Position numbers and translations under genes: made by a program
Part shown: positions 44,801 through 59,900 of the stretch, in pieces
Layout of the letters: the number at the start of each line of letters is the position of its first letter
Numbering within the stretch: position 1 is the first letter of the stretch
Source: the human T2T-CHM13v2.0 reference genome, Homo sapiens
DNA length: 64,000 bases
Assembly (NCBI RefSeq): GCF_009914755.1
Contig: NC_060928.1
Reading direction: 5' to 3' (one strand)
Notes under the pieces: generated by a model
Seen by the model: only the letters and a program-made list of their open reading frames with translations
The model's database searches: none
Told to the model about the DNA's origin: nothing

Positions 44801-47800
44801 ATTTTATGTACATTATACAATATATAGTTTGAGTACTTTGATATTTTATGTCCAGTATAAAATATATAGATTTCGTACTTTGATATTTTATGTACAGAAT
44901 ATAGTTTGAGTACTTTCATATTTTATGTACACTTTATTATAAAAGTTTGGGTACTTTCATATTTTACGTACAGTATATAATACATACTTTGGGCACTTTG
45001 ATGTTTTATGTACAGTATATAATACATACTTTAGGTTCTTTTATATTTTATGTACAGCATATAATACAAAATTTGGGGACTTTTATATTTTATGTACATT
45101 ATATAATACATACTTTGGGTACTTTTATATTTTATGTACGGTATATAATACATACTTTGGGTACTTTGATATATTATGTACAGTATATAATACATACTTT
45201 GGGCACTTTGATGTTTTATGTACAGTATATAATACATACTTTGGGTTCTTTGATATGTTATGTACAGCATATAGTACATAATTTGGGGACTTTTATATTT
45301 TATGTACATTATATAATACATACTTTGGGTACTTTTATATTTTATGTACAGTATATAATACATACTTTGGGTACTTTGATATATTATGTACAGTATATAA
45401 TACATACTTAGGGTACTTTGACATTTTATGTACAGTACATAATACATACTTTGGGTACTTTGATATTTTATGTACAGTATATAATACATACTTTGGGTAC
45501 TTTGATATTTTATGTACAGTATATAATACATGTTTTGGGTACTTTTATATTTTATGTACAGTATATAATATATAGTTTGGGTACTTTGATATTTTATGTA
45601 CGGTATATAATACATACTTTGGGTACTTTGATATTTTATGTACAGTATATAATACATACTTTGGGTACTTTGATAATTTATGTACAGTATATAATACATA
45701 CTTTGGGTACTTTGATATTTAATGTACAGTATATAATACACACTTTGCGTACTTTGATATTTTATGTAAAGTATGTAATTCATACTTTGGGTACTTTGAT
45801 ATTTTATGTACAGTATGTAATACACGCTTTGGGTACTTTGATATTTTATGTAGAGTATGTAAAACATACTTTGGGTAGTTTGGTATTTTATGATCAGTAT
45901 ATAATACATATTTTGGGTACTTTGATATTTTATGTACAGTATATAATACATACTTTGGGTACTTTGATATTTTATGTACAGTATATAATGCATAATTTGG
46001 GTACTTCAATAGTTTATGCACAGTATATAATACATACTTTGGGTAATTTGATATTTTATGTACAGTATATAATGCATACTTTGGGTACTTTGATAGTTTA
46101 TGTACAGTATACAATACATACTTTGGGTACTTTGATATTTTATGTACAGTATATAATATGTAGTTTGGGTACTTTGATATTTTAACTACAGTATATAATA
46201 CATACTTTGGGTACTTTGATATTTTATCTACAGTATATAATAGATACTTTGGGTACTTTGATATATTATGTACAGTATATAATACATAGTTTGGTTACTT
46301 TGATATTTTTTGTACAGTATGTAAAACATACTTTGGGGAGTTTGATATTTTATGAACAGTATATAATACACATTTTGGGTACTTTGATATTTTATGTACG
46401 GTATATAATACATACTTTGGGTACTTTGATATTTTATGTACAGTATATAATTCATACTTTGGGTACTTTGATATTTTATGTACAGTATATAATACATACA
46501 TTGGGTACTTCGATATTTTATGTGCAGTACCCTATATATAGTTTGGGTACTTTGATATTTTATGTCCAGTATAAAATAAATAGTTTTGGTACTTTGATAT
46601 TTTATGTACAGTATATAGTTTGAGTACTTTGATATTTAATGTTCAGTTTATTATAAATGTTTGGGTGCTTTCATATTTTATATACAGTATATAATACATA
46701 CTTTGGGCACTTTGATATTTTCTGTACAGTATATAATACATACTTTGGGTACTTTGATATTTTATGTATGGTATATAATACATACATTGGGTACTTTGAT
46801 ATTTTATGTACAGTATATAATATATAGTTTGGTTACTTTGATATTTTATATACAGTATATAATATATATTATGTGTACTTTGATATATTATGTACAGTAT
46901 ATAATATATAGTATGGGTTGTTTGATATTTTATGTACAGTATATAATATATAGTTTGGGTAGTTTGATATTTTTAGTACAGTATGTAATATATAGTTTGT
47001 TTTATTTGATATTTTATGTACAGTATACAATATATAGTATTGGTACTTTGATATTTCATGTAAAGTATATAGTTTGAGTACTTTGATATTTTATATGCAG
47101 TTTATTATAAATGTTTGGGTACCTTCATATTTTATGTACAGTATATAATACATACTTTGGGAACTTTTATTTTATGTGCAGTATATAATACATACTTTGG
47201 GTACTTTGATATTTCATGTACAGTATATAATACACACTTTGGGTACTTTGATATTTTATGTACAGTATATAATACATACTTTGGGTACTTTGATGTATTA
47301 TGTACAGTATATAATACATACTTTGGGTACTTTGATATTTTATGTACAGTATATAATACATACTTTGGGTACTTTGATATTTTATGTACAGTATGTAATA
47401 CACACTTTGGGTACTTTGATATTTTATGTACAGTATGTAAAACATACTTTGGGTAGTTTGATATATTATGTACAGTATATAATACATACTTTGGGTACTC
47501 TGATATTTTATGTACAGTGTATAATACATACTTTGGGTACTTTGATATTTTATGTACAGTATATAATACATACATTGGGTACTTTGATATATTATGTACA
47601 GTATATAATACTTACTTGGGGTATCTTGATATTTTATGTACAGTATATAATGCATACTTTGGGTACTTTGATATTTTATGTACAGTATATAATGCATACT
47701 TTGAGTACTTTGATATTTTATGTACAGTATGTAATACATACTTTGGGTACTTTGATATTTTATGTATAGTATATAATACATACTTTGTGTAGTTTGATAT

Positions 47801-50800
47801 TTTATGTACAGTATACAATATATAGTTTGAGTACTTTGATATTTTATGTCCAGTATAAAATATATAGTTTTCCTAATTGATATTTTATGTACAGAATATA
47901 GTTTGAGTACTTTGATATTTTATGTACACTTTATTATAAATGTTTGGGTACTTTCATATTTTATGTACAGTATATAATACATACTTTGGTCTCTTTGATG
48001 TTTTATGTACAGTATATAATACATACTTTGGGTTCTTTGATATTTTATGTGCAGAATATAATGCATAGTTTTAGGTACTTTTATATTTTATGTACAGTAT
48101 ATAATACATACTTTGGGTACTTTGATATTTTATGTACAGTATATAATACATACTTTGGGTACTTTGATATTTTATGTACAGTATATAATACATATTATTG
48201 GTACTTTGATATTTTATGTACAGTATACAATATATAGTTTGAGTACTTTGATATTTTATGTCCAGTATAAAATACATAGATTTCATACTTTGATATTTTA
48301 TGTACAGAATATAGTTTGAGTACTTTGATATTTTATGTACACTTTATCATAAAAGTTTGGGTACTTTCATATTTTACGTACAGTATTTAATACATACTTT
48401 GGGCACTTTGATGTTTTATGTACAGTATATAATACATACTTTGGGTTCTTTGATATGTTATGTACAGCATATAGTACATAATTTGGGGACTTTTATATTT
48501 TATGTACATTATATAATACATAATTTGGGGACTTTTATATTTTATGTACATTATATTATACATACTTTGGGTACTTTTATATTTTATGTACGGTATATAA
48601 TACACACTTTGGGTACTTTGATATATTATGTACAGTATATAATACATACTTTGGGTACTTTGATATATTATGTACAGTATATAATACATACTAAGGGTAC
48701 TTTGACATTTTATGTACAGTACATAATACATACTTTGGGTACTTTGATATTTTATGTACAGTATATAATGCATACTTTGGATACTATGATATTTTATGTA
48801 CAGAATATAATACATACTTTGGGTACTTTTATATTTTATGTACAGTATATAATATATAGTTTGGGTACTTTGATATTTTATGTACGGTATATAATACATA
48901 CTTTGGGTACTTTGATATTTTATGTACAGTATATAATACATACTTTGGGTACTCTGATATTTTATGTACACTATACAATATATAGTTTGAATACTTTGAT
49001 ATTTTATGTACTGTATAAAATATATAGTTTTCGTACTTTGATATTTTATGTACAATATATAGTTTGAGTACTTTGATATTTTATGTACAGTTTTTTATAA
49101 ATGTTTCGGTGCTTTCATATTTTATGTACAGTATATAATACATACAAAGGGCACTTTGATATTTTATGTACAGTATATAATACATACTTTGGGTACTCTG
49201 ATATTTTATGTACAGTGTATAATACATACTTTGGGTACTTTGATATTTTATGTACAATATATAATACATACGTTGGGAACTTTGATATATTATGTACAGT
49301 ATATAATACATACTTTGGGTACTTTGATATTTTATCTACAGTATACAACACATAGTTTGTGTACTTTGATATTTTAGGTACAGTATATAATACATACTTT
49401 GGGTACTTTGATATTTTATGTACAGTATATAATACATACATTGGGTACTTTCATATTTTATGTACAGTATATAATATATAGTTTGGTTACTTTGATATTT
49501 CATCTACAGCTTATAATACATACTTTGGATACTTTGATACTTTATGTACAGTATATAATACATAATTTGGGTACTTTGTTATTTTATGTACAGTATACAA
49601 TATATAGTTTGAGTACTTTGATATTTTATGTGCAGTATAAAATATATAGTTTTGGTACTTTCATATTTTATGTACAGTATATAGTTTGAGTACTTTGATA
49701 TTTTATGTACAGTTTTTTATAAATGTTTGGGTGCTTTCATATTTTATGTACAGTATATAATACATACTAAGGGCACTTTGATATTTTATGTACAGTATAT
49801 AATACATACCTTGGGTACTTTGATATTTTATGTACAGTATATAATACATATTTTGGGTACTTTGATATTGTATGTACAGTATATAATACATACTTTGGGA
49901 ACTTTGATATTTTATGTACAGTATGTAGAACATACTTTGGGTACTTTGATATTTTATGTACAGGATATAATGCATACTTTGGGTACTTTGATAGTTTATG
50001 TACAGTATATAATACATACTTTGGGTACTTTGATATTTTATGTATAGTATAAAATATATAGTTTGGGTACTTTGATATTTTATGTACAGTATGTAAAACA
50101 TACTTTGGGGAGTTTGATATTTTATGTACAGTATGTAAAACATACTTTGGGGAGTTTGATATTTTATGAACAGTATATAATACACATTTTGTGTACTTTG
50201 ATATTTTATGTAAAGTATATAATACATACTTTGGGTACTTTGATATTTTATGTACAGTATATATTACATACTTTGGGTACTTTGATATTTTATGTACAGT
50301 ATACAATATATAGTTTGAGTACTTTGATATTTTATGTACTGTATAAAATATATAGTTTTGGTACTTTGATATTTTATGTACAGTATATAGTTTGAGTACT
50401 TTGATATTTTATGTACAGTTTGTTATAAATATTTTGGTGCTTTCATATTTTATGTACTGTATATAATACATGCTTTGGGCACTTTGATATTTTATGTACA
50501 GTATATAATACATACTTTGGGTAATCTGATATTTTATGTACAGTGTATAATATATACTTTGGGTACTTTGATATTTTATGTACACTATATAATACATAGT
50601 ATTGGTACTTTGATATTTTATGTACAGTATACAATATATAGTTTGAGAACTTTGATATTTTATGTCCAGTATAAAATATATAGATTTCGTACTTTGATAT
50701 TTTATGTACAGAATATAGTTTGAGTACTTTGATATTTTATGTACACTTTATTATAAAAGTTTGGGTACTTTCATATTTTACGTACAGTATATAATACATA

Positions 50801-50900
50801 CTTTGGGCACTTTGATGTTTTATGCACAGTATATAATACATACTTTGGGTACTTTTATATTTTATGTACAGTATATAATACATGTTTTGGGTACTTTTCT

Positions 50901-53900
50901 ATTTTATGTACAGTATATAATGCATACTTTGGGTACTTTGATAGTTTATGTACAGTATACAATACATACTTTGGGTACTTTGATATTTTTTGTACAGTAT
51001 ATAATATGTAGTTTGGGTACTTTGATATTTTAACTGCAGTATATAATACATACTTTGGGTACTTTGATATTTTATCTACAGTATATAATAGATACTTTGG
51101 GTACTTTGATATATTATGTACAGTATATAAAACATAGTTTGGTTACTTTGATACTTTTTGTACAGTATGTAAATCATACTTTGGGGAGTTTGATATTTTA
51201 TGAACAGTATATAATACACATTTTGGGTACTTTGATATTTTATGTACGGTATATAATACATACTTTGGGTACTTTGATATTTTATGTACAGTATATAATT
51301 CATACTTTGGGTACTTTGATATTTTATGTACAGTATATAATACATACATTGGGTACTTCGATATTTTATGTGCAGTAACCTATGTATAGTTTGGGTACTT
51401 TGATATTTTATGTCCAGTATAAAATAAATAGTTTTGGTACTTTGATATTTTATGTACAGTATATAGTTTGAGTACTTTGATATTTAATGTTCAGTTTATT
51501 ATAAATGTTTGGGTGCTTTCATATTTTATATACAGTATATAATACATACTTTGGGCACTTTGATATTTTCTGTACAGTATATAATACATACTTTGGGTAC
51601 TTTGATATTTTATGTACGGTATATAATACATACATTGGGTACTTTGATATTTTATGTACAGTATATAATATATAGTTTGGTTACTTTGATATTTTATATA
51701 CAGTATATAATATATATTATCTGTACTTTGATAAATTATGTACAGTATATAATATATAGTATGGGTTGTTTGATATTTTATGTACAGTATATAATATATA
51801 GTTTGGGTAGTTTGATATTTTTAGTACAGTATGTAATATATAGTTTGTTTTATTTGATATTTTATGTACAGTATACAATATATAGTGTTGGTACTTTGAT
51901 ATTTCATGTAAAGTATATAATTTGAGTACTTTGATATTTTATATGCAGTTTATTATAAATGTTTGGGTACCTTCATATTTTATGTACAGTATATAATACA
52001 TACTTTGGGAACTTTTACTTTATGTGCAGTATATAATACATACTTTGGGTACTTTGATATTTTATGTACAGTATATAATATATACTTTGGGAACTTTGAT
52101 ATTTTATGTACAGTATGTAAAACATACTTCGGGTACTTTGATATTTTATGTACAGTACATAATACATACTATTGGTACTTTGATATTTTATGTACATTAT
52201 ACAATATATAGTTTGAGTACTTTGATATTTTATGTCCAGGATAAAATACATAGATTTCATACTTTAATATTTTATGTACAGAAGATAGTTTGAGTACTTT
52301 GATATTGTATGTACACTTTATTATAAAAGTTTGGGTACTTTCATATTTTACGTACAGTACATAATACACACTTTGGGCACTTTGATGTTTTATGTACAGT
52401 ATATAATACATACTTTAGGTTCTTTTATATTTTATGTACAGCATATAATACAAAATTTGGGGACTTTTATATTTTATGTACATTATATAATACATACTTT
52501 GGGTACTTTTATATTTTATGTACGGTATATAATACATACTTTGGGTACTTTGATATATTATGTACAGTATATAATACATACTTTGGGTACTTTGATATAT
52601 TATGTACAGTTTATAATACATACTTAGGGTACTTTGACATTTTATGTACAGTATATAATACATACTTTGGGTACTTTGATATTTTATGAACAGTATATAA
52701 AACATACTTTGGGTACTTTGATATTTTATGTACTGTATATAATACATACTTTGGGTACTTTTATATTTTATGTACAGTATATAATATATAGTTTGGGTAC
52801 TTTGATATTTTATGTACGGTATATAATACATACGTTGGGTACTTTGATATTTTATGTATAGTATATAATACATTCTTTGGGTACTTTGATATTGTATGTA
52901 CAGTATACAATATATAGTTTGAGTACTTTGATATTTTATGTACAGTTTTTTATAAATATTTTGGTGCTTTCATATTTTATGTACAGTATATAATACATAC
53001 AAAGCGCACTTTGATATTTTATGTACAGTATATAATACATACTTTGGGTACTCTGATATTTTATGTACAGTGTATAATACATACTTTGGGTACTTTGATA
53101 TTTTATGTACAATATATAATACATACGTTGGGAACTTTGATATATTATGTACAGTATATAATTCATACTTTGGGTACTTTGATATTTTATGTACAGTATA
53201 TAATACATAGTTTGTGTACTTTGATATTTTATGTACAGTATATAATACATACTTTGGGTACTTTGATATTTTATATACAGTATATAATACATACTTTGGG
53301 TACTTTCATATTTTATGTACAGTATATAATACATACTTTGGGTAGTTTGATATTTTATGTACAGTATACAATATATAGTTTGAGTACTTTGATATTTTAT
53401 GTGCAGTATAAAATATATAGTTTTGGTACTTTGATATTTTATGTACAGTTTATAGTTTGAATACTTTGATATTTTATGTACAGTTTATTATAAATGTTTG
53501 GGTACTTTCATATTTGATGTACAGTATATAATACATAATCTGGGCACTTTGATATTTTATGTACAGTATATAATACATACTTTGGGTACTTTGATATTTT
53601 ATGTACAGTATATAATACATACTTTGGGTATCTTGATATTTTATGTACAGTATATAATGCATACTTTGGGTTCTTTGATATTTTATGTACAGTATATAAT
53701 GCATACTTTGAGTACTTTGATATTTTATATACAGTATATAATACATACTTTGGGTACTTTCATATTTTATGTACAGTATATAATACATACTTTGTGTAGT
53801 TTCATATTTTATGTACAGTATACAATATATAGTTTGAGTACTTTGATATTTTATGTCCAGTATAAAATATATAGTTTTCGTAATTGATATTTTATGTACA

Positions 53901-56900
53901 GAATATAGTTTGAGTACTTTGATATTTTATGTACACTTTATTATAAATGTTTGGGTACTTTCATATTTTATGTACAGTATATAATACATACTTTGGTCTC
54001 TTTGATGTTTTATGTACAGTATATAATACATACTTTGGGTTCTTTGATATTTTATGTGCAGAATATAATGCATAGTTTTAGGTACTTTTATATTTTATGT
54101 ACAGTATATAATACATACTTTTCGTACTTTGATATTTTATATACAGTATATAATACATACTTTGGGTACTTTTATATTTTATGTACAGTATATAATACAT
54201 ACTTTGGGTACTTTGATATATTATGTACAGTATATAATACATAATTTGTCTACTGTGATATATTATGTACAGTATATAATACATACTTTGGGTACTTTGA
54301 TATTTTATGTACAGAATATAATGCATACTTTGGGTACTTTGATATTTTATGTACAGTATATAATACATACTTTGGGTACTTTGATATTTTATGTACAGTA
54401 TATAATACATACTTTGGTACTTTTATATTTCATGTACAGTATATAATATATAGTTTGGGTACTTTGATATTTTATGTACAGTATATAATATATAGTTTGG
54501 GTACTTTGATATTTTATGTACGGTATATAATACATACTTTGGGTACTTTGACATTTTATGTATAGTATATAATACATACTTTGGGTACTTTGATATTGTA
54601 TGTACAGTATACAATATATAGTTTGAGTACTTTGATATTTTATGTACTGTATAAAATATATAGTTTTGGTACTTTGATATTTTATGTATAGTATATAGTT
54701 TGAGTACTTTGATATTTTATGTACAGTTTTTTATAAATATTTGGGTGCTTTCTTATTTTATGTACAGTATATAATACATACTAAGCGCACTTTGATATTT
54801 TATGTACAGTATAGAATACATACTTTGGTTACTCTGATATTTTATGTACAGTGTATAATACATACTTTGGGTACTTTGATATTTTATGTACAATATATAA
54901 TACATACGTTGGGAACTTTGATATATTATGTACAGTATATAATTCATACTTTGGGTACTTTGATATTTTATGTACAGTATATAATGCATAGTTTGTGTAC
55001 TTTGATATTTTATGTACAGTATATAATACATACTTTGGGTACTTTGATATTTTATATACAGTATATAATACATACTTTGGGTACTTTCATATTTTATGTA
55101 CAGTATATAATATATAGTTTGGGTACTTTGATATTTTATCTACAGCTTCTAATACATACTTTGGGTACTTTGATATTTTATGTACAGTATATAATACATA
55201 CTTTGGGTAGTTTGATATTTTATGTATAGTATACAATATATAGTTTGAGTACTTTCATATTTTATCTGCAGTATAAAATATATAGTTTTGGTACTTTGAT
55301 ATTTTATGTACAGTTTATAGTTTGAGTACTTTGATATTTTATGTACAGTTTATTATAAATGGTTGGGTACTTTCATATTTGATGTACAGTATATAATACA
55401 TAATTTGGGCACTTTGATATTTTATGTACAGTATATAATACATACTTTGGGTACTTTTATATTTTATGTTCAGTATATAATACATAATTTGGGTACTTTG
55501 ATATTTAATGTACAGTATATAATACACACTTTGCGTACTTTGATATTTTATGTAAAGCATGTAATACATACTTTGGGCACTTTGATATTTTATGTACAGT
55601 ATGTAATACACACTTTGGGTACTTTGATATTTTATGTACAGTATGTAAAAGATACTTTGGGTAGTTTGATATATTATGTACAGTATATAATACATACTTT
55701 GGGTACTCTGATATTTTATGTACAGTGTATAATACATACTTTGGGTACTTTGATATTTTATGTACAGTATATAATACATACATTGGGTACTTTGATATAT
55801 TATGTACAGTATATAATACTTACTTGGGGTACTTTGATGTTTTATGTACAGTATATAATACATACTTTGTGTACTTTGATATTTTATGTACAGTATATAA
55901 TACATACTTTGGGTACTTTGATATTTTATGTACAGTATATAATACATACTTTGGGTATCTTGATATTTTATGTACAGTATATAATGCATACTTTGGGTAC
56001 TTTGATATTTTATGTACAGTATATAATGCATACTTTGAGTACTTTGATATTTTATGTACAGCATGTAATACATACTTTGGGTACTTTGATATTTTTTGTA
56101 CAGTATGTAATACATAATTTGGGTACTTTAATATTTTATGTATAGTATATAATACATACTTCGGGTTCTTTGATATTTTATGTACAGTATATAATACATA
56201 CATTGGGTACCTTCATATTTCATGTACAGTATATAATATATAGTTTGGATACTTTGGTATATTATGTACTGTATATAATACATACTTTGAGTACTTTGAT
56301 ATTTTATGTACAGTATATAATACATACTTTGCGTACTTTGATATTTTATGTCCAGTATAGAATATATAGTTTTGGTAGTTTGATATTTTATGTACAGTAT
56401 ATAGTTTGAGTACTTTCACATTTTATGTACAGTTTATTATAAATGTTTGGGTGTTTTCATATTTTATGTACTGTATATAATACATACATTGGGCACTTTG
56501 ATATATTATGTACAGTATATAATACATACTTTGGGTACTCTGATATTTTATGTACAGTATATAATACACACTTTGGGTACTTTGATATTTTATGTACAGG
56601 ATATAATGCATACTTTGGGTACTTTGATAGTTTATGTACAGTATATAATACATACTTTGGGTACTTTGATATTCTATGTATAGTATAAAATATACAGTTT
56701 GGGTACTTTGATATTTTATGTACAGTATGTAAAACATACTTTGGGGAGTTTGATATTTTATGTACAGTATGTAAAACATACTTTGGGGAGTTTGATATTT
56801 TATGAACAGTATATAATACACATTTTGTGTACTTTGATATTTTATGTACAGTATATAATACATACTTTGGGTACTTTGATATTTTATGTACAGTATATAA

Positions 56901-59900
56901 TACATACTTTGGGTACTTTGATATTTTATGTACAGTATACAATATATAGTTTGAGTACTTTGATATTTTATGTACTGTATAAAATATATAGTTTTGGTAC
57001 TTTGATATTTTATGTACAGTATATAGTTTGAGTACTTTGATATTTTATGTACAGTTTGTTATAAATATTTGGGTGCTTTCATATTTTATGTACTGTATAT
57101 AATACATGCTTTAGGCACTTTGATATTTTATGTACAGTATATAATACATACTTTGGGTACTCTGATATTTTATGTACAGTGTATAATACATACTTTGGGT
57201 ACTTTGATATTTTATGTACAGTATATAATGCATACATTGGGTACTTTGATATATTATGTACAGTATATAATACTTACTTGGGGTACTTTGATATTTTATG
57301 TACAGTATATAATACATAGCTTGTGTACTTTGATATTTTATGTACAGTATATAATACATACTATTGGTACTTTGATATTTTATGTACAGTATACAATATA
57401 TTGTTTGAGTACTTTGATATTTTATGTCCAGTATAAAATATATAGATTTCGTACTTTGATATTTTATGTACAGAATATAGTTTGAATACTTTGATATTTT
57501 ATGTACACTTTATTATAAAAGTTTGGGTACTTTCATATTTTACGTACAGTATGTAATACATACTTTGGGCACTTTGATGTTTTATGCACAGTATATAATA
57601 CATACTTTGGGTACTTTTATATTTTATGTACACTATATAATACATAGTTTGGGTACTTTGATATTTAATATACAGTATAAAATGCACACTTTGCGTACTT
57701 TGATATTTTATGTAAAGTATGTAATACATACTTTGGGTAGTTTGATATTTTATGTACAGTATGTAATACACACTTTGGGTACTTTGATATTTTATGTACA
57801 GTATGTAAAACATACTTTGGGTAGTTTGATATTTTATGATCAGTATATAATACACATTTTGGGTACTTTGATATTTTATGTACAGTGTATAATACATACG
57901 TTGGGTACTTTGATATTTTATGTACAGGATATAATGCATACTTTGGGTACTTTGATAGTTTATGTACAGTATATAATACTTACTTTCAGTACTTTGATAT
58001 TTTATATATAGTATAAAATATATAGTTTGGGTAGTTTGATATTTTAAGTATAGTATATGATACATACTTTGGGTACTTAGATATTTTATCTACAGTGTAT
58101 AATAAATACTATGGTTACTTTGATATATTATGTACAATAGATAATACATACTTTGGGTACTTTGATATTTTATGTACAGTATATAATACATACTTTGGGT
58201 ACTTTGATATTTTATGTACAGTGTATAATACATACATTGGGTGCTTTCATATTTCATGTACACTTTATAATATATAGTTTGGGTACTTTGGTATATTATG
58301 TACTGTATATAATACATACTTTGAGTATTTTGATATTTTATGTACAGTATGTAATACATACTTTGGGTACTTTGATATTTTATGTACAGTATACAATATA
58401 TACTTTGCATATTTTGATATTTTATGTCCAGTATAGAATATATAGTTTTGGTAGTTTGATATTTTATGTAGAGTATATAGTTTGAGTACTTTCACATTTT
58501 ATGTACAGTTTATTATAAATGTTTGGGTGTTTTCATATTTTATGTACTGTATATAATACATACTTTGGGCACATTGATATTTTATGTACAGTATATAATA
58601 CATACTTTGGGTACTCTGATATTTTATGTACAGTATATAATACATAATTTGGGTAGTTTGATATTTTATGTACAGTATATAATACATACTTTGAGTGCTT
58701 TGATATATTATGTACAGTATATAATACATACTTTGTGTACTTTGATATTTTATGTACAGTATACAATATATACTTTGACTACTTTGATATTTTATGTCCA
58801 GTATAGAATACATAGTTTTGGTAGTTTGATATTTTATGTACAGTATATAGTTTGAGTACATTGATATTTTATGTACACTTTATTATAAATGTTTGGATAC
58901 TTTCATATTTTATGTACAGTATATAATACATACTTTGGGCACTTTGATATTTTATGTACAGTATACAATACATACTTTGGGTACTTTGATATTTTATGTA
59001 CAGTATATAATACATAATTTGGGTACTTTGATATTTTATGTACAGTATGTAATGCATACTTTGGGTACTTTGATGTTTTATGTACAGTATATAATACATA
59101 CTTAGGGTACTTTGACATTTTATGTGCAGTATATAATACATACTTTGGGAACTTTGATATTTTATGTACAGTATGTAGAACATACTTTGGGTACTTTGAT
59201 ATTTTATGTACAGGATATAATGCATACTTTGGGTACTTTGATAGTTTATGTACAGTATATAATACATACTTTGGGTACGTTGATATTTTATGTATAGTAT
59301 AAAATATATAGTTTGGGTAGTTTGATATTTTATGTACAGTATGTAAAACATACTTTGGGGAGTTTGATATTTTATGTACAGTATGTAAAACATACTTTGG
59401 GGAGTTTGATATTTTATGAACAGTATATAATACACGTTTTGTGTATTTTGATATTTTATGTACAGTATATAATACATACTTTGGGTACTTTGATATTTTA
59501 TGTACAGTATATATTACATACTTTGGGTACTTTGATATTTTATGTACAGTATACAATATATAGTTTGAGTACTTTGATATTTTATGTACAGTATATAATA
59601 CATACTTTGGGTACTCTGATATTTTATGTACAGTGTATAATACATACTTTGGGTACTTTGATATTTTATGTACAGTATATAATACATACATTGGGTACTT
59701 TGATATATTATGTACAGTATATAATACTTACTTGGGGTACTTTGATATTTTATGTACAGTATATAATACATAGTTTGTGTACTTTGATATTTTATGTACA
59801 GTATATAATACATACTTTGGGTACTTTGATATTTTATGTACAGTATATAATACATACTTTGGGTATCTTGACATTTTATGTACAGTATATAATGCATACT

